Source: Candidatus Microgenomates bacterium
GTDB taxonomy: Bacteria; Patescibacteriota; Microgenomatia; UBA8517
Assembly: GCA_016784385.1 (NCBI GenBank)
Contig: JADHUT010000002.1
Span: 12,316 to 76,315, forward strand
Length of the DNA stretch: 64,000 nucleotides
Direction of reading: 5' to 3'
Below, piece by piece: positions 9,586 through 17,949 of this stretch. Below the pieces are notes generated by a model, which searched no databases, had not been told where the DNA came from, and saw only the letters and a list, made by a program, of their open reading frames with translations. Position 1 is the first letter of the stretch. Each line of letters opens with the position of its first letter. Made by a program: the position numbers and the translations under genes.

Positions 9586-10128
9586 CTATTTTAATTTCGT
9601 TTTTATAGTAAAAGTGATGTAACTTTCATCTTCAGAACCCGATGAAATTTGGCTTAGTGTAATTTCATCAAAAAGTTCTGTTGATTCTAAATTAACTATG
9701 AATTGAATAATTGATTTTTCCGAAAAAGAAGAAGATTTAATTTGAATTGATTTGTCTACGAAAGAGACAGTATTAAGAAGAACATCGGGTGGCAAATATT
9801 GCCCCAATGTGTCAATTATTGCAGATATTTTTTGTTCTGAGTATAGTTCGTTGGCTATTGATAATTTCTTTTGCAGAGATCTAAATTCAGTTTCAACTGG
9901 TTCATATGCCAAAACTTGTGCTTTAACTACGTTTATTTCTTCATTTAAGTCAGAATTTTTTGCATCAAGCCAAAAACGAGAAAGAAAGGCTCCCATGACC
10001 ACCATTTCACAAACTATAACCATAACCCTAAATGTGGTTAAAACCCATTTTAGTACACGGCCCCAAGAAGAAGATTTAAACTCTTCTGATGGAAGTAGAT
10101 TTATATTTTTTTTCTTTTTCGCAGCCAC
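9586..10128 (-). CDS. pilN: type IV pilus alignment protein PilN-like
   Basis: N-terminal INLLP motif, TM, coiled coil, LPPDVLL..FIVNLES..LF core. Confidence 0.8.
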   Translation of the reverse strand: MAAKKKKNINLLPSEEFKSSSWGRVLKWVLTTFRVMVIVCEMVVMGAFLSRFWLDAKNSDLNEEINVVKAQVLAYEPVETEFRSLQKKLSIANELYSEQKISAIIDTLGQYLPPDVLLNTVSFVDKSIQIKSSSFSEKSIIQFIVNLESTELFDEITLSQISSGSEDESYITFTIKTKLK

Positions 10129-10134
10129 AAACTC

Positions 10135-10143
10135 AATATAGCA
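10135..10143 (-). promoter_or_regulatory. extended -10 promoter (TGcTATATT) of pilN operon, leaderless type
   Basis: TGnTATATT ends 6 nt before the GTG start. Confidence 0.55.
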
Positions 10144-10169
10144 TATGAAAACATGTGGAAGAAGAAGGA

Positions 10170-10427
10170 CTACTTTTTAGGTGTAGTTTTTTTGATTCTT
10201 AAAAGTAGGGAGAGTTGTTTTTTAATTCTTGCAGCTTTGTTTTTGTGAATAATATTGTCCTTTACAGCTCTGTCAGCATATGAGCTAGCTTTAGAAATTG
10301 CTTTTTGGGTTTTTGTTTCTTTGGCTTTTCGGACAGAACTCTCCAAGTTGGCAACCGTGCGGTCGTTGACGATCTTTTTTCGCTTCGATCCCCTAAGGGC
10401 TCTTTTGGCTGTTTTTGTTACTGGCAT
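10170..10427 (-). CDS. rpsT: 30S ribosomal protein S20
   Basis: MPVTKTAKRALR...IIHKNKAARIK. Confidence 0.95.
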   Translation of the reverse strand: MPVTKTAKRALRGSKRKKIVNDRTVANLESSVRKAKETKTQKAISKASSYADRAVKDNIIHKNKAARIKKQLSLLLRIKKTTPKK

Positions 10428-10462
10428 ATAATAAAATATCTAATGGTAGAAAAATATTCTGG

Positions 10463-10491
10463 TTGTGAGTATAGAGGAAAGAGGCTAGAAT
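10463..10491 (+). promoter_or_regulatory. sigma70-type promoter of murJ
   Basis: TTGTGA-17-TAGAAT, 10 nt before ATG. Confidence 0.45.
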
Positions 10492-10501
10492 AGCAATATC
10501 C

Positions 10502-12172
10502 ATGAAACGATTACGAAAATTTATATCTTCTCCACAAAACTCAGTTATGTCAGCGGCAAGCCTTATTATGGTGATGATTGTTGCCAGTAGAATTCTGGGA
10601 CTGGTAAGACAGCGAGTGTTGGCTAATTTTTTTGATCCGTCTGAGTTGTCACTTTTTTTCGCAGCATTTCGCTTACCCGATACTATCTTTGAAGTATTGG
10701 TTTTTGGTACTTTTGCATCAGCGTTTATACCTGTTTTTGCAAAAAATCTTAAAAGTGGAAAAAAACAGGCGTGGGAGTTGGGTGGACTAATAATAAATTG
10801 GGGTGCTCTAATTTTTCTAGGTTTAGCAATAATTGTAATTGCCTTTGCAACACCTCTTTATAAAATTATTACTCCAGGTTTTGGACCCACAGATCAGTCA
10901 ATAATAGTGAGTCTTGCTAGAGTTCTTTTTGCAGCCCAAGGATTTTTTGTTCTGTCATATGTTCTAACTGCTGCACTTGAATCGTCGAAAAGGTTTTTCA
11001 TTCCAGCACTGGCCCCCCTTTTTTATAACCTCGGAATAATTATTTTCACGATTGTTTTTTATAAAGACTATCATTTAATGGCACCAGTTATCGGTGTGGT
11101 TGTTGGGGCTGCTTTGCATTTTCTTATTCAGTTGCCTTTGGCCATGAAATTGGGATTTAGATTTACAAAATCTTTAAAAATTACCTCCGAAGTGAAAAAA
11201 ATCGCCAAATTAGCACTTCCAAGAGTCTTGGAAGTATCTTTCCTGCAAATTGCAAAGTTTGTTGAGCTGTCACTGGCAACACTAATATCAACTTCTGCAT
11301 ATACATATTTTACTTTTGGTAATTCAATACAGTTAATTCCTGTTGGTCTTTTTGGAACTTCAATAGCCAAAGCTGCGCTCCCCACATTAGCAAGACAAGC
11401 CGACAACATGGTCGAATTCAAAAAAACTCTTTTTGAAACATTAAATCAAGTTGTTTTTTTGATGGCTCCAGTTGCAGCATTTTTAGTAGTTGCAAGAATT
11501 CCTGTGGTTAGACTTGTTTTTGGAACAGATCTGTTTACTTGGGAGTCAACTGTTCAAACCTCACTTGTGGTATCGGCTTTCGCGGTAGGCGTATTCTCTC
11601 AAGCTGCAAATTCAATATTGGCAAGAAGTTTTTACGCCCTACATGACACAAAAACTCCAGTAATTGCATCCGTGTCAGCATTAACTTTAAACATGATACT
11701 TAACGGAATTTTCATTTTTGTATTAAAACTTCCTGTGTGGAGTTTGGCTGCAGCATTTTCAATAGCTTCAATTATTCAGTCTGGTATCCTTTTTTCATTG
11801 ATTATTAAAAAAACTCACAATGGAGTAAAACACAGATTGTATATTCCTGTTTTAAAGTCTCTTGTTGCGGCAACGACTTCAGGATCTTTGATGTTTTTAA
11901 TACTTAAATTTTTTGATAGGTCTGTTTGGATTAAAAAGTTGTCTTTTATAACAGCGACAAACCTTCCTTTTGAAAAATTTGTACTAGATACTAGATATAC
12001 AATGAACCTTATAATCCTAACTGGCATTGTAGGGTTGATTGGAGTAATTGTTTATGTGGTGGTGTTACTGCTTTTAAAATCAAATGAATTGAATGTGTTT
12101 ATGGGACTGATTAAAAGAATTGTTTCAAAACAAAAATATACAACAATTCCGACAGAAGAAGAAATTTCTTGA
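10502..12172 (+). CDS. murJ: lipid II flippase MurJ (MviN)
   Basis: SRILGLVRQR, AFRLPD, FIPVF, ARSFYALHDTKTP; ~14 TM. Confidence 0.95.
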   Translation: MKRLRKFISSPQNSVMSAASLIMVMIVASRILGLVRQRVLANFFDPSELSLFFAAFRLPDTIFEVLVFGTFASAFIPVFAKNLKSGKKQAWELGGLIINWGALIFLGLAIIVIAFATPLYKIITPGFGPTDQSIIVSLARVLFAAQGFFVLSYVLTAALESSKRFFIPALAPLFYNLGIIIFTIVFYKDYHLMAPVIGVVVGAALHFLIQLPLAMKLGFRFTKSLKITSEVKKIAKLALPRVLEVSFLQIAKFVELSLATLISTSAYTYFTFGNSIQLIPVGLFGTSIAKAALPTLARQADNMVEFKKTLFETLNQVVFLMAPVAAFLVVARIPVVRLVFGTDLFTWESTVQTSLVVSAFAVGVFSQAANSILARSFYALHDTKTPVIASVSALTLNMILNGIFIFVLKLPVWSLAAAFSIASIIQSGILFSLIIKKTHNGVKHRLYIPVLKSLVAATTSGSLMFLILKFFDRSVWIKKLSFITATNLPFEKFVLDTRYTMNLIILTGIVGLIGVIVYVVVLLLLKSNELNVFMGLIKRIVSKQKYTTIPTEEEIS

Positions 12173-12190
12173 TCCTAAATTAACAAATAT

Positions 12191-12229
12191 TTGACGAATC
12201 GTATATAATCGTATATAATCGTATATAGT
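12191..12229 (+). promoter_or_regulatory. fic promoter with three 10-bp direct repeats (AATCGTATAT)
   Basis: TTGACG(12191)-17-TATAAT(12214); repeats at 12197, 12207, 12217. Confidence 0.75.
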
Positions 12230-12236
12230 TAAAAAT

Positions 12237-13301
12237 ATGGTAAAAAATAGATTTGAAAAACGAATTAAGTTAAGCCAAGAAGTTCTGACAAAAATTGCCA
12301 AAATTGATCAGTTTAATGGATTGTGGATTGGAAAGTCACGTTTTAGTCCTCAAATCATGGCAAGGCTCAAGTCGTGGGTAATTATTACTTCAACTGGGGC
12401 AAGTACTCGCATAGAGGGATCAAAAATGTCGGATGAAGAAATTTCTAGGTTTTTGCGTGGTTTAAAAACTAATTCTCCAAAAAATCGAGATGAGCAAGAG
12501 GTTGCTGGGTATGCGGATCTTTTGGGAAGAATTTTTGAGAATTGGAAGGATTTGAAATTGTCTGAAAATTGGATTTTACAGTTTCATAATATTCTCTTAA
12601 ATTTTTCCGAGAAAGACAAAAACCACAAAGGAAAATATAAAGTATCTGACAATACAGTTGTTATGTTTGATGAAAATGGTAAACAAGTTACTTTATTTAA
12701 ACCCACATCTTCGTATTTAGTTAAACCAGAAATGCAGGATGTTATTGAATGGACAAATAAACAATTTACTGACAAGAAGCTTCACCCACTTTTAATTATT
12801 GCCAACTTTATATTTGAATTTTTGGCAATCCATCCATTTAAAGATGGAAACGGAAGAATGAGCAGGGCTTTAACCAACTTGCTTTTATTAAAATCTGGTT
12901 ATGGATATATCCCCTATGTTTCGTTAGATGAAATTATAGAAGAATCTAAAACTGACTATTATTTGTCTCTTCGCTCCACACAAAAAAACCATAAGACTAA
13001 AAACGAAGACATCGCCCCTTGGTTAACATACTTTTTGGGGGCTTTGGGAGAACAGGCCGAAAGAGCTGAGGGGTTAATGAAAAACGATCAACCTGAAAAG
13101 TTATTATCTGAAAAACAAGTGGAGATTTACAATCTATTTGATAATAATGACGAATTGACTGTCGCAAAAATAAATAAATTTTTAAAAAACAAATTTCCGC
13201 TTGTAACAATTAAACAAGTGTTGTCTCGTCTTGTTTATCAAAAACTAATTGAAAGAATAGGACAAGGACGAGGAACAAGGTATATAAAACTAACCCCTTG
13301 A
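12237..13301 (+). CDS. Fic family protein (class II-like) with C-terminal winged helix
   Basis: HPFKDGNGRMSR catalytic motif; N-terminal inhibitory motif STRIEG; C-terminal ..LIERIGQGRGTRY wHTH. Confidence 0.9.
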   Translation: MVKNRFEKRIKLSQEVLTKIAKIDQFNGLWIGKSRFSPQIMARLKSWVIITSTGASTRIEGSKMSDEEISRFLRGLKTNSPKNRDEQEVAGYADLLGRIFENWKDLKLSENWILQFHNILLNFSEKDKNHKGKYKVSDNTVVMFDENGKQVTLFKPTSSYLVKPEMQDVIEWTNKQFTDKKLHPLLIIANFIFEFLAIHPFKDGNGRMSRALTNLLLLKSGYGYIPYVSLDEIIEESKTDYYLSLRSTQKNHKTKNEDIAPWLTYFLGALGEQAERAEGLMKNDQPEKLLSEKQVEIYNLFDNNDELTVAKINKFLKNKFPLVTIKQVLSRLVYQKLIERIGQGRGTRYIKLTP

Positions 13302-13335
13302 CAACACATTGGCACTCAAGGTAACATAGTGCTAA
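13298..13335 (+). promoter_or_regulatory. hrcA promoter and CIRCE operator
   Basis: TTGACA at 13298; TTGGCACTC-N9-TAGTGCTAA at 13309-13335 (consensus TTAGCACTC-N9-GAGTGCTAA). Confidence 0.9.
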
Positions 13336-14072
13336 TGAACAAAGATATGGTCGGTTTGACTTCTCGTCAGACTCAAATATTGAAAGTTTTGATTGATGAG
13401 TACATTGAAACTGCAGAGCCAATTGGTTCCGAAGCGCTGGAGAAAAAATATAACCTTGGAGTTTCTCCTGCAACCATAAGAAATGAAATGGTATCTTTGA
13501 CAAAATCTGGCTATCTTAAACAACCACATACTTCTTCGGGCAGAATTCCTACCCATTCTGCAATGAAGTTTTACGTTGATCAACTAATGGAAGAAAAAAC
13601 TCTCTCATTGGCAGATGAAGTAAAAGCAAAAGAAGAAGTTTGGGACGTGAAGGATAATATAGACAAACTTTTAAATGAAGCAACACATTCATTAGCTGAA
13701 AGAATTGGGGGGTTAGCCGTAGTTGCCATGGAAGATGGAGATGTGTGGCACTCGGGGCATGCCAATATTTTTTCATATCCTGAATTTGAAGATATTGCTG
13801 TTTGTGCAAGTTTGTTTGGTTTTATAGATGAAACTGAGGCAATGATGGACTTGTTTTTTACAAGATTTCCAATAGAATCACCATTTGAAGTATTGTTTGG
13901 TGAAGAGATGGGACTGCGAAACATGCCTGTAGGGATAGTTGCAGCTCACTTTAGAGCAAGAAACACGAATGGAGCAATCGGAGTAATTGGACCTGTAAGA
14001 CAATCATATGCTAAATTAGTACCAACAATAAAGTACTATAAAGATCTTATAGAAGAAGTATTAAACGAATGA
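13335..14072 (+). CDS. hrcA: heat-inducible transcription repressor HrcA (short form)
   Basis: LTSRQ..IL..YIETAEPIGS, SPATIRNEM, QPHTSSGRIPT, GVIGP. Confidence 0.95.
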   Translation: MNKDMVGLTSRQTQILKVLIDEYIETAEPIGSEALEKKYNLGVSPATIRNEMVSLTKSGYLKQPHTSSGRIPTHSAMKFYVDQLMEEKTLSLADEVKAKEEVWDVKDNIDKLLNEATHSLAERIGGLAVVAMEDGDVWHSGHANIFSYPEFEDIAVCASLFGFIDETEAMMDLFFTRFPIESPFEVLFGEEMGLRNMPVGIVAAHFRARNTNGAIGVIGPVRQSYAKLVPTIKYYKDLIEEVLNE

Positions 14073-14554
14073 AGAAAAAAATAAAAACAGATAATCAAAA
14101 TATGGCTGGTCAGGTTAGTGAAAAACCTGAAAACGATACTGTTGAGTTGAAAAATCAACTTGCAAGGGTTTTGGCTGACTATGATAATTTGAGAAAAAGA
14201 CATGATCTTGAAAGATTGGAGATTTACAAACTAACGTCTATTGGAATAGTTTCTAAGTTTTTACCAATACTGGACAATTTGAGGGAAGCACAGGTTCATT
14301 CAAAAGACTCCGGAATTGCAATAATTTTGGGAGAATTTGAACAAATCTTGAAAGATGAGGACTTTGTTGAAATAGTGGCAAATGTGGGTGATGAGTTCGA
14401 TCACGATGACCATGAAGCAGTTGAGGTTGAAAAAACTAACAAAAAGGAAAATAATGGTAAGGTATCAGAAATGGTACTTTCTGGATGGAAAATGAAAGAT
14501 GGTCCAGTAGTAAGACACACAAAAGTAAAAGTATATAAATTAGAAGATAAATAA
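14069..14554 (+). CDS. grpE: nucleotide exchange factor GrpE
   Basis: ADYDNLRKR, LPILDNL, FDHDDHEAV, GW..VVRHTKVKV. Confidence 0.95.
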   Translation: MKKKIKTDNQNMAGQVSEKPENDTVELKNQLARVLADYDNLRKRHDLERLEIYKLTSIGIVSKFLPILDNLREAQVHSKDSGIAIILGEFEQILKDEDFVEIVANVGDEFDHDDHEAVEVEKTNKKENNGKVSEMVLSGWKMKDGPVVRHTKVKVYKLEDK

Positions 14555-14560
14555 AAAAAC

Positions 14561-16480
14561 ATGAGTAAAATAATTGGAATTGATTTAGGTACTACTAATT
14601 CAGTGGTTGCAATAATGGAGGGCGGACAGCCTAAGGTTATTGCGGCTGCAGACACCGGAAGAAATATAACTCCTTCAGTGGTGGAGCCTGTTAAAAATTT
14701 AGTAGGTGATGTGGCAAAGAGGCAGATGGTTCTAAATTCTGAGAACACCATAGGCTCTGTCAAGAGACTAATGGGAAGAAGAGTTGATGACAAAGAAGTA
14801 GAAAGAACCAAAAAGATGGTTGCTTATAAGATAGTTGCCGGAAAAGATAACGCAGCTGTTGTGGAAGTTGAGGGAAAGCAATATACCCCGCAAGAAATAT
14901 CTGCCAAAGTTTTGGCAAAACTTAAAAAAGATGCAGAGAGTTATCTAAATGAAACTGTGGACAGGGCAGTTATTACGGTTCCTGCATATTTTGACGATTC
15001 ACAAAGACAAGCCACCAAACAAGCAGGTAAAATTGCCGGGCTTAAGGTAGAGAGAATTATAAACGAGCCAACAGCAGCAGCACTGGCATACGGGCTAGAC
15101 AAGAAAAATACACACAATATTGCAGTTTACGACCTTGGTGGTGGAACTTTTGATATTTCCATACTAGAGCTTGGAGACGGAGTGTTTGAAGTTAAGTCCA
15201 CAAACGGGGATACTCACCTGGGTGGAGATGATTTTGATGAGCAAATTGTAGATTATATTTGCGATGAATTTAAAAAAGATAGTTCAGTAGATCTTCGGGC
15301 CGACAAACAAGCCTTGCAAAGAGTTAGAGATGCTGCAGAAAAAGCAAAGATTGAGCTTTCGGCTGCTGAAGAAATAGAAATAAACCAGCCTTACATCACT
15401 CAAAATAATGGAAATCCTCTTCATCTGACAATGAAGCTGACCAGGGCAAAATTGGAAGGATTGGTTGGAGACTTAATTGAAAAAACAATGAAACCTGTTG
15501 AGGATGCACTTTCTGACGCAAAATTAAAGCCAGCTGACATTAATGAAATAATTTTAGTAGGTGGAATGACAAGGATGCCAAAGGTAATAGCTGCAGTAAA
15601 AGAATTTTTCGGAAAAGAAGCAAACACATCAGTAAACCCCGATGAAGTGGTGGCAATAGGAGCTGCAATTCAAGCAGGAGTACTGGCAGGAGATGTAAAA
15701 GACATACTACTTTTGGATGTGACACCGTTAACTCTAGGAATTGAAACAATGGGTGGAGTAGCTACTCCAATGATTCCGAGAAATACTACAGTTCCCACAT
15801 CCAAAACTGAAGTTTTCTCAACGGCAGCTGCAAATCAAACACAAGTAGAAATTCATGTCAGTCAAGGTGAAAGACCACTTTCAGCTGACAACAAGTCGTT
15901 AGGAAGGTTTGTCTTAGATGGTATTCCACCAGCTCCAAGAGGAGTTCCGCAAATTGAAGTTAAATTTGATATGGATGCAAACGGAATACTAACTGTAACC
16001 GCAACAGATAAAGCTACTGGCAAAGAGCAAAACATAAAAATTACAGGGGCAGTAGGGCTAACTGATGAAGAAGTAGAGAGTGCAACAAAAGAGGCAGAAA
16101 AATTCAAAAAAGAAGATGAAGAAAAAGCAGAAGGCATAAAAGCCAAAAATAATGCTGATGCAATCATAACTCAGGCTGAAAAAGCAATTAAAGATGCGGG
16201 AGACAAGGCTCCAAAAGAAACAGTAGAGAAAGTTGAAGAAAAAATAAAGGCACTCAAAGATATCCTAGAAACAGGTAAAAAAGAAGAGTTAGAGGCAAAA
16301 ACAAAAGAACTTTCAGAAACCTTGTCTGAAGTTGGCCAGGCTATGTACGGAGCAAAAGAAGGTGCGCAAGAACCGGCAAAAGAAGGAGAAAAAGGAAAGA
16401 AAAAGAAAAAAGGCGGAAAAGGAAAAAAGAAAGACGAAGATGAAGCAGAAGTTCAAGAAGGAGAGGTTGTTGAAGAATGA
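14561..16480 (+). CDS. dnaK: chaperone DnaK
   Basis: [30 protein letters not shown]. Confidence 0.99.
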   Translation: MSKIIGIDLGTTNSVVAIMEGGQPKVIAAADTGRNITPSVVEPVKNLVGDVAKRQMVLNSENTIGSVKRLMGRRVDDKEVERTKKMVAYKIVAGKDNAAVVEVEGKQYTPQEISAKVLAKLKKDAESYLNETVDRAVITVPAYFDDSQRQATKQAGKIAGLKVERIINEPTAAALAYGLDKKNTHNIAVYDLGGGTFDISILELGDGVFEVKSTNGDTHLGGDDFDEQIVDYICDEFKKDSSVDLRADKQALQRVRDAAEKAKIELSAAEEIEINQPYITQNNGNPLHLTMKLTRAKLEGLVGDLIEKTMKPVEDALSDAKLKPADINEIILVGGMTRMPKVIAAVKEFFGKEANTSVNPDEVVAIGAAIQAGVLAGDVKDILLLDVTPLTLGIETMGGVATPMIPRNTTVPTSKTEVFSTAAANQTQVEIHVSQGERPLSADNKSLGRFVLDGIPPAPRGVPQIEVKFDMDANGILTVTATDKATGKEQNIKITGAVGLTDEEVESATKEAEKFKKEDEEKAEGIKAKNNADAIITQAEKAIKDAGDKAPKETVEKVEEKIKALKDILETGKKEELEAKTKELSETLSEVGQAMYGAKEGAQEPAKEGEKGKKKKKGGKGKKKDEDEAEVQEGEVVEE

Positions 16481-16713
16481 GTGGTGACGGACCGAAAGAG
16501 AGAAGGAGTAGGGTAGATCAGTTTGGTAATGTAGTGGGAGGACCGACCAATAAAGGAGTATCGCGCCTGAGTGATACAAGCCTTACCAGTTATCAGAAGG
16601 ATTTAACACGACAAATAATAAATGAAGGAGCCACAAACCCCCAAAGACGTCTGGCATTGGAAAAGTCTGCTGAAAGAGCCGGTCTTGATATGGCGGCCAT
16701 AGAAGGAAGATAG
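16477..16713 (+). CDS. hypothetical protein (78 aa) between dnaK and dnaJ
   Basis: ATGA overlap with dnaK stop; ends 2 nt before dnaJ. Confidence 0.55.
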   Translation: MSGDGPKERRSRVDQFGNVVGGPTNKGVSRLSDTSLTSYQKDLTRQIINEGATNPQRRLALEKSAERAGLDMAAIEGR

Positions 16714-16715
16714 TT

Positions 16716-17591
16716 GTGGCTTCAAAAGGTGATTATTATGACATTTTAGGATTAGATAAATCTGCATCTACTACAGAAATAAAGTCTGCATACAAAAAAA
16801 AGGCTTTGGAGTGGCATCCAGACCGCCACAAAGACAACAAAGAAGAAGCAGAGAAGAGATTTAAAGAAATAAACGAGGCATATCAAATTCTTTCAGACTC
16901 TTCAAAAAAGAGTGCATACGACCAACATGGCCATGCCGCCTTTGCTCCTGGTGGAGCAGGGGGAGCAAATCCTTTTGCGGGAGCAGCTGGTGGGCAACAA
17001 GGACCATTTAGATATACATACACCAATACTGGTGGTCAAGGATCTCCTTTCACTGGGTTTGATTTTGGTGATCCGTTTGATATTTTCGAAAGCTTTTTTG
17101 GTGGCGGAGGATTTAGACAAGCCAAGCAAATTCCAAGGTATTCTATAAAAATAGATTTTATGGAGGCAATTAATGGCGTGACAAAAGAAGTTAACATGGA
17201 TGGGAAAAAGAAAAAAATAAAGATCCCTGCTGGTGTTAATGAAGGAACTAGAATAAATTTTGGTTCATTTACGCTGTCCATAGATGTAACACCACACGAT
17301 GTTTTTGAGAGAGATGGGGATGATATCTACGTAAAAATGACAATTCCTTATTCATTGGCCGTGCTTGGTGGTGAGATTAAAGCACCAACACTGGAAGGCA
17401 AAGAGGTTAAATTAAAAGTCAGACCAGCAACCTCGTCTGGATCAATGATACGTTTGAAAGGAAAAGGAGCACCAAACCCTCATCACAGAGGAAAAGGAGA
17501 TCAATATATAAGACTCAATATTTTAGTCCCTGAAAAACCAACCAAAAAACAAAAAAATATAATTGAAGAAATGAAAAAAGAAGAGTTATAG
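16716..17591 (+). CDS. dnaJ: DnaJ-class co-chaperone lacking the zinc-finger region (class II/CbpA-like)
   Basis: J domain with HPD, G/F-rich region, C-terminal domain; no CxxCxGxG repeats. Confidence 0.9.
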   Translation: MASKGDYYDILGLDKSASTTEIKSAYKKKALEWHPDRHKDNKEEAEKRFKEINEAYQILSDSSKKSAYDQHGHAAFAPGGAGGANPFAGAAGGQQGPFRYTYTNTGGQGSPFTGFDFGDPFDIFESFFGGGGFRQAKQIPRYSIKIDFMEAINGVTKEVNMDGKKKKIKIPAGVNEGTRINFGSFTLSIDVTPHDVFERDGDDIYVKMTIPYSLAVLGGEIKAPTLEGKEVKLKVRPATSSGSMIRLKGKGAPNPHHRGKGDQYIRLNILVPEKPTKKQKNIIEEMKKEEL

Positions 17592-17605
17592 CGTATAATC
17601 GTTTT

Positions 17606-17800
17606 ATGGCTATTGAAAAAACTGATATCCCTCGTAGCAGATACCCTTTTCCTAAAGGCGGGCATGTTCGTTTGGTTATGGGTTCTCTTGGAAGGGCATT
17701 AGAAATAAACGCCCGGAATCGAGAAAAAGAAAAACAGTTGCGAGAATCTACTGGGGAAGACAATCAAAACAATGATTCTCAACAGAACACAACTCCATAA
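17606..17800 (+). CDS. hypothetical protein (64 aa)
   Basis: ATG 6 nt after TATAAT(17594); fills the dnaJ-nusA gap. Confidence 0.5.
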   Translation: MAIEKTDIPRSRYPFPKGGHVRLVMGSLGRALEINARNREKEKQLRESTGEDNQNNDSQQNTTP

Positions 17801-17810
17801 ATTGTATTGC

Positions 17811-17839
17811 TTGATTTCATATCTATAAAAATGTAAACT
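17811..17839 (+). promoter_or_regulatory. nusA promoter
   Basis: TTGATT-17-TAAACT. Confidence 0.5.
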
Positions 17840-17868
17840 ATCAACTGAAACTAGGGTATTTATTGATT

Positions 17869-17894
17869 AGGTGGGACAAGTACCCACCTTTTTT
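17869..17894 (+). terminator. terminator/attenuator hairpin in nusA leader
   Basis: AGGTGGG-acaagta-CCCACCT followed by a T-tract. Confidence 0.7.
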
Positions 17895-17949
17895 ATTATC
17901 AATCTTTAAAATAAAAAAAAATAGTTTAAAAAAGAAAAAAATTAAAATT

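Noticed and set aside
12197-12226. 10-bp repeats as a CRISPR array or replication iterons
   Set aside because: No spacers, cas or rep gene; the repeats coincide with a promoter
12237-13301. Fic as part of a two-gene toxin-antitoxin module or mobile element
   Set aside because: No adjacent antitoxin, integrase or terminal repeats; the inhibitory motif is intramolecular
17863-17949. N-terminal extension of NusA given by the ORF track
   Set aside because: It runs through the leader hairpin and poly-A tract; ATG 17950/17956 fits NusA homology better
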